From Thermoprotei archaeon (GTDB taxonomy: Archaea; Thermoproteota; Nitrososphaeria; Geothermarchaeales; JDFR-13): 24,000 nucleotides of DNA. The stretch spans positions 24,410-48,409 of the forward strand of contig DQXH01000041.1 in NCBI GenBank assembly GCA_011043415.1. The letters are read 5' to 3'. The position numbers and the translations under genes were made by a program. Shown one piece after another: positions 8,421 to 17,947 of the stretch; positions within the stretch are counted from its first letter, which is position 1, and each line of letters begins with the position of its first letter. The notes under the pieces were generated by a model. It searched no databases and was not told where the DNA came from. It saw only the letters and a program-made list of their open reading frames with translations.

Positions 8421-8963
8421 ATGAATCTATTTAGGCTATTTGGATTATTTGCCGCTATATCGAGATGGATAACTATATTCATTTCAATTTTATACAATCC
8501 ATGATTCGTCTTTACTAGAGATGCATTTAGCGATTTAGGAAGTGAAAAAGCTATACCTAGTGGATTTATAATTATGGATTGATGATACCGGATTCATTAT
8601 TATACTTTATTCTATAGTCCAGTTCTATGACTCAGTGAATAGAGTCGAGGCTTTTGGAAGTGGATATACAAGTATATGGGGATATTCCTCATGTTAATCG
8701 GTATATTCCCATCAGGAACAAGGCCGCATACGTTCGTATCTACTTGGTTCTTCATACAGGGGGACCTAGCAATAATCATATGGGGAATTGGGATAATCTT
8801 AAGAGGGTTAAAGAATAGGTGTATTTATACTGATACTTGGATTAGTTTCTCCAATAATAGGATTTAGAGTAGACTGGCCATCCGCGACTACTGCGGAGAC
8901 ACTCGGGTAATAGCATTAGATATATGGATACTGGCTATGCTTAAGATATATAAGATAATCTAA
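8421..8963 (+). pseudogene. relic of a DUF998-like polytopic membrane protein (in-frame stops plus frameshifts)
   Basis: From ATG 8421: MNLFRLFGLFAAISRWITIFISILYNP*FVFTRDAFSDLGSEKAIPSGFIIMD**... Conserved-looking segments continue in other frames (WIYNYGLMI, TGFIIILYSIVQFYDSVNRVEAFGSGYTSIWG) and then as the 63-aa track ORF (GIFLMLIGIFPSGTRPHTFVSTWFF...). The NPWF..ALSDLG and GIFP.GT..H motifs recall archaeal DUF998 proteins. The family call is from memory only. Confidence 0.5.
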
Positions 8964-9013
8964 CATGTTAAAATAATTAGTAAATATAGGAAAAAGGAAT
9001 ATTTTAAAGGGAT

Positions 9014-12000
9014 TTAATAGTAGGATGGACCTATCGTAATCACCCAATCCTCAAATACGTAGTCGGCTCCAAGGTCGTAGTATGTCCACCCTATTCTATA
9101 GTAGCGTGTTGCTATCGGCATCTCAACATAGTACATTACCCCTATATCAATTCTGTCTGGTGTGCCATAGAAGCAGTATGGATCACTCCAGTTTAGGAGA
9201 TACGTCGCCTTCAGGTAATATGAACCATGCTTTACATATGATACTGGTACAACCTCTGTAGTATTGTAAGTACAATATACTTGTGATGTAAACATTGGGA
9301 GCGAAGGCTGCATCGGATAAGCGTCAACCGCCGTAGCTGGATACGGCGGTATTATACCTATAAGTATTGTACCGTGGTCTAGCTGGACCCCAGATGGTAG
9401 TAAATACGGTGATTTAATAGGTCTTACAATTACTTTAACCTTCTCTGGATAATATCTTCCACCCGTTAGACCATTTCTAATAATCACTGTATATACGCCT
9501 GTATTAGGCTTATCTGTCGGGTAGCTAGAATACCTGTATGTCGTCGATGGGAATACAACCACCCTCTTCAGATTAGTCCTACTATATGAACCTGTATCGG
9601 TCCATACGAATATACCGCTTCCTAGATACATGTGTCTAGATATCGATGATAGACCAGCGAACTGGCCGTCGGGACCTAGTGTATATGTAATCAATGAAGT
9701 ATATGAGTCGCTCCATAATGCATTTACCTCGATCAACCATGTATCTGGATCGGTAACACCTACGTAATAGAATCTCCAGTCTCCAGACTCATATCTCCAG
9801 TCCCAGTCAGTATGGCCCCTGAGGCGATCCCATGAATACAAGATCTTCCTTCCTCCCCTATACTTATTTAGCAATATGTATCTAGATCCGCTCAACTCCT
9901 GATATACGGTATAGCTATATGGAACATAATACTCCTTTCGGACACTATCTATCTTAGTCGATACCTTGATGAAACCTAGATATACTGTTGGAGGAATATT
10001 CCCTACTGAAATCTTTCCTAATATAGCTGCTTGATCATCTTTAGCCAAGTTGAAACTGAATACGTGTGAACCATTTAATGTAATCGTAGGATCATTTACA
10101 AATTTATAGTATTCGAATTTAACCCCTATTTTCTGATTAACTACAGCCTCTCTAAATGGCGTACTATCGAAACCTCTACATAGCCATATCCTAAATAGTA
10201 ACTTTGCATTAGGTCCAAACTGCTCTACAACCTTAATTGGATCACTTATTTCAAGTACGTTCACGTTCGAGCTTGATGTATCGTAATTTACCAGTACCCT
10301 CTCATCAACATCAGGTATACCGTTTTTATTCGTATCATTAATCCATACATAAGCTATAACATATGTTTCGTAATCGCTTAAATAGTCATCATCCCCATCG
10401 AATACCTTATAATTGAGGAATGAAGATACCATAAGTAGATCTGTATCAGCCGGGATCCTATTTTTATCCAGGACTAGATATACGTAACTCCCTTCTGGGT
10501 TAGACTTACTGACAGATATCTTTACAACTCTAGTCCTCTCCATAAACTTCATCAGCTTAACTGGAGTTGCTTTTACGGACACGGATGAATTGGTTGGGTT
10601 ATATACAAATAATGTAAAATTCTTTGATCCGCCTTGTGGAATATCGGGTACATATATTGAATAGGCAGGCTTATACATCCACTCGGATGGTAGTGAGGAT
10701 GATACCGGAAATATCATATCGTTATACCAATACATTAAATTGAAGTTTATATAGTCTTGCCAGTACCAGAACCATGTATCATTAAGCTTCTCTCCAGTAT
10801 TGAACCCAGTATCAAGATTGAATATCATTAGGTCTTGAGACGGCGTATATACAATACTGTAGAGCGAGCGGGTAAGGTTGACAGCCCTTAATGCATTTAC
10901 CCTACCCGCACCCTGGGCCATAGGTGGATAACCAAGTGGATCTGCTGTATCTTGAATTATTGTTTTAACCTCAGCCGGATTAATATCCATCGCACTCGGT
11001 CCTAATATCTGATACAATGCTTGATATACGAGTGCTGCTACGCCCGCTGTTAATGGCGTTGCATAACTTGTTCCTCCAAATATCCAGTAGTCATATCCTA
11101 CTGGAGCCGCTGTTAACCCGAATGCACCTACATTAACTACATCTGGTTTAACTTCACCCATTGGAGTAGGTCCTCTCGCCGACCATCCAATGATTTGGTC
11201 ATATGTATAGTCTCCAAATCCATAATACATTACATATACGTATGTAGATGTCGATGCACCTACCGTCAATACACCTGAAGCGGCTCCAGGCGAAGTAACG
11301 GTACCGTATCCTCCACCACCGTTTCCAGCAGCGTGTACAATTAGAATACCTGGAAAGCTACCGTCTAGGAAATATGGTGTTGATAATCCATTTTCAAGCA
11401 TAGATATATAGTCATATCCGAATCCTGTTATGTCATAGACGAAGGTACTTATTCCCCAGCTATTACTTATGATATCCGCCCTCTTACTACCTGTGTAATA
11501 GAACATAAGGCCCCCGACTGGATCTACGTCGAATCCAGCTGCCCATAGCATACCCGCCTCTATATCACCCCACCATAATGACTTTACACCTAATATCTTT
11601 GCTCCCGGCGCTATTCCAGGTACTCCTCCTTCACCGGCCGCGGCTGAGGAGCATGAGGTTCCATGTCCATAGAAGTCGTAGAATATACTTATGTAATTAC
11701 CGTTTAAATCCCATCCCGGATAGAATTTGGATGTACCACTGAACCACCATCCAACATCGAAGAAGAAGCCTCCTGCAACTCCGAAGCTTATATATGGCCA
11801 TGTATCACCTGGATAATATGCGGCTAGAATTCTATTTCCAGTATAGAATGCGAATGCATCTACCGACTCATTAAATATTCCATTGTTATTTGCATCGATG
11901 ATTAATGTCGTATAATTATGTGAGACATCGGGGTCAGACATTAATACTCCTACAGTCATCCACCCATATACAGGTAGAAGCATATATGTTACTCCAAACT

Positions 12001-12847
12001 TATAGTCTCCACTCACTGAAGTTACATTACCTACATAGTATGACGTGTATGGCGCTGACACATTGACTTCGTCTGGGACATATATCGTAAAATTCTCATT
12101 TGATACATCTATATATCCATTGACGTCTGCATTAAAAGTCTTTAACATGATTACCTGACTCTCATCAGCATCTAAGACTAAGGGCTCCCTAATCCAGGTA
12201 CCGTTGTAATACCCTGTGAAGAATACCAGCTTATTCTGGAGATCTGGATGACCATAGTCCACTCCAGTGTCTACGATTGCAATTTTAACTCCAGATCCAT
12301 TTATATTATATATTGCTTCAACAGCATCTGCACCGATAATGTGTCTAACGATGAAAGTATTCTCACCGGGCACAACCTTCTTATCCTTAAATGATATCCC
12401 AGGTATGTTGGATCCTACGTTCTGGAGTAGATTCTTATAGTTGAAGACAGGCCTATAATTTATTGATTTTATATAAGTCTTATATTCAGATAGCATACCG
12501 AGTAGATCATTGGCTTTCCCTCTTACCTTAAATATATAGTCTCCATTCCTCGTCCTGGCAATATTTGAGAATACAGCCGAGAGCCTTTTACCCTCAACCA
12601 CGATCTTCAAGTCCTTAAATCCATTGTATATTGAACAGACTTCATCAAACGGCGTTGATCCATCGATTACAACTGCAATATCTATTAATGCATCGCCCGT
12701 AACACCGTGTTTAGATAATAGTAATTTAAATCCTAATAATGAATCTCCCGAATCTTCAGCTGCACTCACACTGTATATACTGGATATCGATAATACTGAT
12801 AGAAGCATTAAAACAACTATAATTAAGCTGGAGATGCGGCGATACAT
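9014..12847 (-). CDS. secreted subtilisin-like serine protease (peptidase S8, pyrolysin/TPPII-like) with a large C-terminal extension
   Basis: 1277-aa ORF. N-terminal signal peptide (MYRRISSLIIVVLMLLSVLSISSIYSVSA/AE) and a propeptide-like region. Catalytic triad motifs: IAIVDTGVDYGHPDL (Asp193, nt 12269-12271), GHGTSCSSAAAG (His395, nt 11663-11665) and GGTSYATPLTAGVAAL (Ser594, nt 11066-11068), plus oxyanion NSWG. There is an insertion of about 200 aa between Asp and His, a Tyr/Trp-rich C-terminal region of about 620 aa and many N-x-S/T sequons. Confidence 0.9.
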   Translation of the reverse strand: MYRRISSLIIVVLMLLSVLSISSIYSVSAAEDSGDSLLGFKLLLSKHGVTGDALIDIAVVIDGSTPFDEVCSIYNGFKDLKIVVEGKRLSAVFSNIARTRNGDYIFKVRGKANDLLGMLSEYKTYIKSINYRPVFNYKNLLQNVGSNIPGISFKDKKVVPGENTFIVRHIIGADAVEAIYNINGSGVKIAIVDTGVDYGHPDLQNKLVFFTGYYNGTWIREPLVLDADESQVIMLKTFNADVNGYIDVSNENFTIYVPDEVNVSAPYTSYYVGNVTSVSGDYKFGVTYMLLPVYGWMTVGVLMSDPDVSHNYTTLIIDANNNGIFNESVDAFAFYTGNRILAAYYPGDTWPYISFGVAGGFFFDVGWWFSGTSKFYPGWDLNGNYISIFYDFYGHGTSCSSAAAGEGGVPGIAPGAKILGVKSLWWGDIEAGMLWAAGFDVDPVGGLMFYYTGSKRADIISNSWGISTFVYDITGFGYDYISMLENGLSTPYFLDGSFPGILIVHAAGNGGGGYGTVTSPGAASGVLTVGASTSTYVYVMYYGFGDYTYDQIIGWSARGPTPMGEVKPDVVNVGAFGLTAAPVGYDYWIFGGTSYATPLTAGVAALVYQALYQILGPSAMDINPAEVKTIIQDTADPLGYPPMAQGAGRVNALRAVNLTRSLYSIVYTPSQDLMIFNLDTGFNTGEKLNDTWFWYWQDYINFNLMYWYNDMIFPVSSSLPSEWMYKPAYSIYVPDIPQGGSKNFTLFVYNPTNSSVSVKATPVKLMKFMERTRVVKISVSKSNPEGSYVYLVLDKNRIPADTDLLMVSSFLNYKVFDGDDDYLSDYETYVIAYVWINDTNKNGIPDVDERVLVNYDTSSSNVNVLEISDPIKVVEQFGPNAKLLFRIWLCRGFDSTPFREAVVNQKIGVKFEYYKFVNDPTITLNGSHVFSFNLAKDDQAAILGKISVGNIPPTVYLGFIKVSTKIDSVRKEYYVPYSYTVYQELSGSRYILLNKYRGGRKILYSWDRLRGHTDWDWRYESGDWRFYYVGVTDPDTWLIEVNALWSDSYTSLITYTLGPDGQFAGLSSISRHMYLGSGIFVWTDTGSYSRTNLKRVVVFPSTTYRYSSYPTDKPNTGVYTVIIRNGLTGGRYYPEKVKVIVRPIKSPYLLPSGVQLDHGTILIGIIPPYPATAVDAYPMQPSLPMFTSQVYCTYNTTEVVPVSYVKHGSYYLKATYLLNWSDPYCFYGTPDRIDIGVMYYVEMPIATRYYRIGWTYYDLGADYVFEDWVITIGPSYY

Positions 12848-12873
12848 AACAATATAGATATATTGAATAAAAT

Positions 12874-12881
12874 ATTTATAA
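12874..12881 (-). promoter_or_regulatory. candidate TATA box (TTATAAAT on the minus strand) for the S8 protease gene
   Basis: Centred about 30 nt upstream of ATG 12845-12847 in an AT-rich 117-nt spacer. The geometry is consistent with a leaderless or short-leader archaeal promoter. Confidence 0.35.
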
Positions 12882-12964
12882 TTTAGCTTATAACCTGGAT
12901 AATATGTTCTTAAAAAAGATACTTAATTCTATATAATTTTAAAGGAGAAAATTAACTTTTTAAA

Positions 12965-14788
12965 CTATGGTACAGTAACGCTTTTCGCGAGGTTCCTGGG
13001 TTCGTCGGGATTAAAGCCCTTCTCAACAGCCATGTAATATGCAAATAATTGGAGTGGAATTACATATGGAATTGGAGTTAGCAGTTCATGTACGCCTCTT
13101 GGAATTTCTATAATGTCGTCTGATAACTCTGCAATTTCCCTGTCACCAGCTTCACATATTGAGATTATTCTAGCTCCCCTAGCCTTCATCTCCATAATAT
13201 TCCCTATAATATCTTTTCTAGTGCTATCGTTAGGAGCGATTACAATTACTGGTACACCCTCCTCAATTATAGCTATTGGACCATGCTTAGATTCACCTGC
13301 AGGATATGCTATTGAGGGGATATAAGATATTTCCAGAAGTTTAAGCCTCCCTTCTAGCGCTGTTGCAGTACTTATCCCCCTGCCGATGAATATAAATAAG
13401 TTTTCATCTCTATATTTATTTACAATCTCTTTAACCCTTGATTCACTAGATTTAATTACCTCATCCACAATATCGGGTATCTCATGTAATTTAGATTTAA
13501 ACTCATCTATCTCATCCTGAGAAAGTTTACCACGCATCTTACTCAATCTTAATGCTATCTGGGCGAGCACGATCAATTGAGAAGTAAATGTCTTTGTAGC
13601 CGCTACACCTATTTCAGGTCCAGCTTGTTGCAGAATATATGCCCTCGACACCCTCGTCAAGGTTGAACCCAGTGTATTTGTAATTCCGATGACTGTAGCC
13701 GCCCTCATCCTAGCATAATCTACAGCTTTAAGTGTATCATAAGTCTCTCCAGACTGACTCACGGCAAGTACAACTGTATCTATATCTATCGCATCCCCGT
13801 AATTCTCAATGAACTCCGAAGCAACTACGGGATGGACGTGGACCTTAGCGAGCTTTGAAAACATATAAGATGCGGCTACACCAGCGTGGTACGATGTTCC
13901 GGCAGCAACTATAAAGATCTTTTTACCCCTATCCATAAATAAGGATATTAAATCAAGATATTTCTCCTGTAGCCTTAATCCGTTTCTAAGGCTCTGTGGC
14001 TGCTCATGAATCTCCTTAAGCATGAAATGTGGATAACCCTGTTTCATCGCTACATCAGGACTCCAGTCGATTATCTGTGGACTTCTAGTTACAGGCGAAC
14101 CATCTAAAATCCTTCTAATAATGTAACTGTCATGTCTTAAGACTGCGATTTCACCATTCTTTAGGCTAATAATCTTATTTGTATATGGTAGTATAGCTGG
14201 TATATCAGATGCACAATACATTCCATCTACGCCAATTCCGATGATCAACGGACTCTCATTACATACACATATTATTTTATCAGGCTCCCTAGTAGATATT
14301 ATAGCTAATGCATAAGACCCTTTAATTCTCTTAACGGCATATAATACTGAATTAAATAGGTCATAACCCTTCTTAAAGCCCTCCTCGACTAAATGTGGAA
14401 CTACCTCTGTATCCGTCCTAGATCTAAATTTATGCCCGGATTCAATTAACTCATCTTTAAGCTCCTGAAAATTCTCTATAACACCATTATGTACTACAGC
14501 TACTTCACCGTTACAATCAATATGTGGATGAGCATTCTCCCTGGTGGGCGCGCCATGAGTAGCCCATCTAGTATGCCCTATAACTATGTTACTAGTAATT
14601 TCAAGAAAGTTTATACGTTGGTTTATCTCTTCAAGCTTACCAGCATCCTTCTTAACAACTAACTTACCATCTTCAATACCCGCCATACCAGCTGAGTCAT
14701 AACCTCTATACTTTAATCTTAATAGAGATTCAAATGCCTTTTTAGACGCTGATTTCTCGGCTAATATACATCCTACAATCCCACACAT
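12965..14788 (-). CDS. glmS: glutamine--fructose-6-phosphate aminotransferase (isomerizing)
   Basis: 607-aa ORF starting MCGIVG (Ntn Cys after Met removal), with a class-II glutaminase domain (HTRWATHG, NG.IEN) followed by two SIS domains (SQSGETYDT, C-terminal NLAKSVTV-). Confidence 0.95.
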   Translation of the reverse strand: MCGIVGCILAEKSASKKAFESLLRLKYRGYDSAGMAGIEDGKLVVKKDAGKLEEINQRINFLEITSNIVIGHTRWATHGAPTRENAHPHIDCNGEVAVVHNGVIENFQELKDELIESGHKFRSRTDTEVVPHLVEEGFKKGYDLFNSVLYAVKRIKGSYALAIISTREPDKIICVCNESPLIIGIGVDGMYCASDIPAILPYTNKIISLKNGEIAVLRHDSYIIRRILDGSPVTRSPQIIDWSPDVAMKQGYPHFMLKEIHEQPQSLRNGLRLQEKYLDLISLFMDRGKKIFIVAAGTSYHAGVAASYMFSKLAKVHVHPVVASEFIENYGDAIDIDTVVLAVSQSGETYDTLKAVDYARMRAATVIGITNTLGSTLTRVSRAYILQQAGPEIGVAATKTFTSQLIVLAQIALRLSKMRGKLSQDEIDEFKSKLHEIPDIVDEVIKSSESRVKEIVNKYRDENLFIFIGRGISTATALEGRLKLLEISYIPSIAYPAGESKHGPIAIIEEGVPVIVIAPNDSTRKDIIGNIMEMKARGARIISICEAGDREIAELSDDIIEIPRGVHELLTPIPYVIPLQLFAYYMAVEKGFNPDEPRNLAKSVTVP

Positions 14789-14874
14789 TATTTGTATACA
14801 CCATCTGGCATTTGAAATACAATATAATATAATGTTCTACGATTAGATTAATTATTATCCGTTATTACTAAAAG

Positions 14875-15735
14875 CTATTCACTTAAATCCTTAATAATTT
14901 CGTAAGCCACCTTCTTACCAGATAGGATCATGCCGCCTAATATCGGACCCATCCTATGTGAATGGAATACTTCGGCTGTGCTCATTCCAGCTACATATAA
15001 GCCCTTGAATAGTTTGCCGCTCCTCATAATAACCTCACCCTCCCCCTTCCATATATCCATAGACGCCATTCCCGGAACCTCGATATTCATTTTAGGATAC
15101 CTCATTGATATTATTCTAATGACATCTGCATCATGCCCAGTCGAATCTATTACAGCCTTAGATTCAATCATTAGTGGATCAATATGCCAGTCAGCCTCAT
15201 ATATCGGCGACCAGTTTATGACAACACCTCTTATCTCAATCGTCTCATCCCCTACCCCTGCAATGACGTCTTCGACATATACACCAGGCCATATAAATCC
15301 ATCCATATCATAGATTTTAGCTGCTAATTTAGTCATAGCCTCTGTGGGGTCGACGTATACTAAACCCTCCGATAAATCATATATTCTAACACCTACCTCG
15401 GATAAGACACGTGCAGCCTCTCCCCCCTCTACTACTGCAAGAGGTAATAACATACCTCCTCCTCTAATGCCTCCCCCCACACCTAGATTCTTCTCCAGTA
15501 CGATGGTTTTAAGACCTGATTTACATAAGTAATATGCTGCAGTTAAACCAGCTGGACCTGCCCCAACAACTACGACATCAACCTTAGTATACTGTGAAAT
15601 CTTTTTAAGAGCTTCCTCGATGAACATTCTACTAATATCTCCCTCGGTATATCTAGTTGATAGAAACCTCAGCTGCTCCAAGACCTCTTTAGTCATATCC
15701 TTCTCTTTACCGCGGACCGGGGTCAATATAGACAC
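14875..15735 (-). CDS. thi4: thiazole synthase, archaeal Thi4 type (probably the sulfide-dependent, non-suicide class)
   Basis: VDVVVVGAGPAGLTAAYYL FAD/NAD motif, LEK..GVGGG, IDSTGHDADV and the GM..AE..G.HRMGP..GGM..SG C-terminal block. The only Cys in the protein lies in the Rossmann region (YYLCKSG), so no active-site sulfur-donor Cys is evident. The annotated start at 15735 is GTG. ATG at 15694-15696 (MTKEV...) is an alternative start. Confidence 0.9.
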   Translation of the reverse strand: MSILTPVRGKEKDMTKEVLEQLRFLSTRYTEGDISRMFIEEALKKISQYTKVDVVVVGAGPAGLTAAYYLCKSGLKTIVLEKNLGVGGGIRGGGMLLPLAVVEGGEAARVLSEVGVRIYDLSEGLVYVDPTEAMTKLAAKIYDMDGFIWPGVYVEDVIAGVGDETIEIRGVVINWSPIYEADWHIDPLMIESKAVIDSTGHDADVIRIISMRYPKMNIEVPGMASMDIWKGEGEVIMRSGKLFKGLYVAGMSTAEVFHSHRMGPILGGMILSGKKVAYEIIKDLSE

Positions 15736-15809
15736 CTAATAATTAGGATATAGAACACATATAGAAATATATGTATAATTATCTTACATCCGTATATTCT
15801 AGATAGTTA

Positions 15810-16496
15810 ATGAGGTATACGAAATTCATATCTGTAACAGGTGTAAACGCTGGGATATACTCAATATTATATTTTTTCAATATAGGGTTCCCTATAATAG
15901 GTATATCTGGTGCCAAGCCAATATCGATTGCAGAGGCCTATGCAATACTCTCAGGATACTTATTTGGATGGAGAGTTGGTGGATTATCAGTCGCGATAGG
16001 GGGATTTATAGTATCCTATATCCAATTATCCCCTCCCTTCTACATCCTAAACTTTGTACCAGCTACGACATCGGCGATATACATGGGTTTAATAAGGGAG
16101 AAGAGAGTCGAGCCAATATATCTTTATTTGATACTGATAACAGCCTACCTCCTTTATCCTAAAGTAGGCGTTATATGGTTATATCCATTGAATATATGGT
16201 TTCATATTCTCATATACCTCACCTTTCTAACCGTATATCTATCGGAGAAGAAAGATAAAATAAGTAAGTATGTCTATATACTAGTCTCTACATTATCAGC
16301 CCAGCTAATCGGATCAATATTATTTATGATAATATACCAGTCTAGCCTAACTATAGATACATTTAGAGGTATATGGGCTGTTACAACGGTATTATATCCT
16401 ATTGAGAGGATTGTAATAGCAGGGGTAGCGTACATTCTAGTAACTGTTATAAGTGGCAGGATCGAGAAATATATAAATATGGAATTGACGAAATAA
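15810..16496 (+). CDS. polytopic membrane protein of unknown function (weak resemblance to vitamin-transporter S-components such as ThiW/BioY)
   Basis: 228-aa ORF with 7-8 hydrophobic segments. The N-terminal pattern FPIIGISGAKPISIAEAYAILSGYLFGWRVGG resembles the 'P.G.aK..P......l.g.l.G...G' segment of ECF substrate-capture proteins. It is divergent from thi4 across a 74-nt spacer. The functional call is speculative. Confidence 0.5.
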   Translation: MRYTKFISVTGVNAGIYSILYFFNIGFPIIGISGAKPISIAEAYAILSGYLFGWRVGGLSVAIGGFIVSYIQLSPPFYILNFVPATTSAIYMGLIREKRVEPIYLYLILITAYLLYPKVGVIWLYPLNIWFHILIYLTFLTVYLSEKKDKISKYVYILVSTLSAQLIGSILFMIIYQSSLTIDTFRGIWAVTTVLYPIERIVIAGVAYILVTVISGRIEKYINMELTK

Positions 16497-16528
16497 ATTT
16501 AACTACAATCACTCTATTCTTCTTCATA

Positions 16529-17047
16529 ATGAGAAGTATATATGGATTTAAAGGTAGGAAGCCTATAATAGGCGTCGATGCATATATTGACCCGATGTCT
16601 AGAGTAATAGGTGACGTAGAGATAGGTGACTATAGCGTGGTTTTATTTGGCTCCATAATTAGGGGTGACGACGATAGGATATTGATTGGTAGAAGGGTGG
16701 CTATATTAGAACACTGTATAGTTGAGGCTCCTAAAGGGAATCCTGTATACATCGGCGATGAAACGTTAATAAGCCACGGAGCGATTGTACATGGAGCTAA
16801 GGTAGGTAAGAATGTATTAGTAGGTATAGGAGCGATAATATTAGACGGCTCTAATATCGGCGATAACTCAATCATCGCGGCTGGCTCCCTAGTCCCCCCA
16901 GGCAAGGACATACCTCCAAACTCTATTGCAATGGGCATCCCAGCTAAGATAGTCAGGAAAGTAACTGAAAACGATTTAAAGATGGTTAAGAGAGAATTAG
17001 AGACTGTTTTAGAGAAAAGTAGGTACTACAGAATGCTATTTAAGTAG
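16529..17047 (+). CDS. gamma-class carbonic anhydrase family / left-handed beta-helix hexapeptide protein (YrdA/PaaY-like)
   Basis: 172-aa ORF with hexapeptide repeats (VIGDVEIGDYSVV.., IGDETLISHGAIVHGAKVGKNVLVGIGAIILDGSNIGDNSIIAAGSLV) and a His pattern (EH...SHGAIVHG) consistent with the three metal ligands of this family. Confidence 0.85.
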   Translation: MRSIYGFKGRKPIIGVDAYIDPMSRVIGDVEIGDYSVVLFGSIIRGDDDRILIGRRVAILEHCIVEAPKGNPVYIGDETLISHGAIVHGAKVGKNVLVGIGAIILDGSNIGDNSIIAAGSLVPPGKDIPPNSIAMGIPAKIVRKVTENDLKMVKRELETVLEKSRYYRMLFK

Positions 17048-17790
17048 GGTCATAGAGCTTATTATAAATACAGAGGTCTTTAGGAATCTTAGCATACTCA
17101 GAGGTATCTCTATCGACTAATTCTACATTCACACCTTTCACCAATGCGGCTGGAATAGACCCCGACCCCTCACCCATTACAAGGTAGGTAGCCGACACAA
17201 TGCATCCGCTAGATTAAATTACGTAAACCTTATTCTCCTCCCATACAAGTCAGGCTTACCCCTGTAATCCCTAACTGGTTTAAAATCGTAAGTGTATACA
17301 GCTACGGCTCTAGTCCCCCTCTCAATGGTGCAATCATACTATCAGATATTATAACGCCTACTCTTACTCCATATTTATCATAAACATATTTATAGAACTT
17401 CCCTACAATCCCCTTCAACTCAGTAAATGGTAATGCAACTTTATTAATACCAGCATTCTTTCTATCTAATCCTGCATTCGCTAGTAAAACATCATCTACT
17501 ACAGTTAAAATAGCCTCTCTAACACCTCTATAAATGCCATCTGGATATTTTAATATTAACTCAGCGAACTTAGGGCCGATAGAATACCTTTTAGACAACT
17601 CAAGTGCATTACGACCATATCTAATGAAACTAAGGTCCACCACCTTCCCATATGCAGTTAATAAGGGCTTAGATGATATTACAAGTACATCCCCTTCCTC
17701 TATATCAACCCATATCGAATCCACAATCCTTTTCATAGGGTCATCTCCAGCCTTTATTAACCCAGTAGTGATAGGATAAATAGAAATCAC
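17040..17790 (-). pseudogene. cofE: coenzyme F420-0:L-glutamate ligase (CofE) pseudogene: at least two frameshifts and one in-frame stop
   Basis: The 162-aa track ORF (GTG 17790..17302) carries CofE N-terminal blocks (GLIKAGDD, EEGDVLVISSK, LANAGLDRKN, GVRVGVIISDS). After a frameshift near the C5/G5 run at 17315-17319 the sequence continues GTRAVAVYTYDFKPVRDYRGKPDLYGRRIRFT*FNLADAL (TAA at 17219-17221). After a second shift near 17190-17203 it continues SATYLVMGEGSGSIPAALVKGVNVELVDRD...*. This is collinear with A. fulgidus CofE as I recall it (...GKRVGVIITDTNGR.FRRG...DW.GRKDLYGREL.VT...ADE.AA.ANLLMGEG.DGIPAVVVRG). The total of about 249 codons matches normal CofE length. Confidence 0.8.
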
Positions 17791-17947
17791 TATAAAATGG
17801 AAAATGAAACTCGATACATAATAAAATAATAGACTATTTTAGTTGGAGACTATATTTTTAATTGCTGCCGATCGAATAGTATAAACTTTTCTTTAATCTA
17901 TTTAAAAAAACCTTAAGTTTAATCCCTGATAAAATTTAATATAGCTT

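Noticed and set aside
3310-8500. Idea that in-frame TGA codons reflect recoding (TGA read as Trp or Sec), because the DUF998 relic has TGA where Trp is expected (NP*F, nt 8499-8501)
   Set aside because: The TGA in the fixC relic replaces a Gly of the GAGPAG motif, not Trp. The same relics also carry TAA/TAG stops and frameshifts. All intact genes in the window terminate normally, some at TGA-free stops, and need no recoding. Ordinary nonsense mutation is the simpler explanation.
12624-15532. Plus-strand ORFs 12624..12857, 13113..13325, 14930..15313 and 15344..15532
   Set aside because: They are antisense to the well-supported protease, glmS and thi4 genes, and their Ser/Pro/Thr/Ile-rich translations show no family signal.
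15736-15809. Possible TPP riboswitch or other leader element between thi4 and the membrane protein gene
   Set aside because: The spacer is only 74 nt and almost pure A/T. It has no CUGAGA-type core or stem-forming GC segments and is fully accounted for by two back-to-back promoters.
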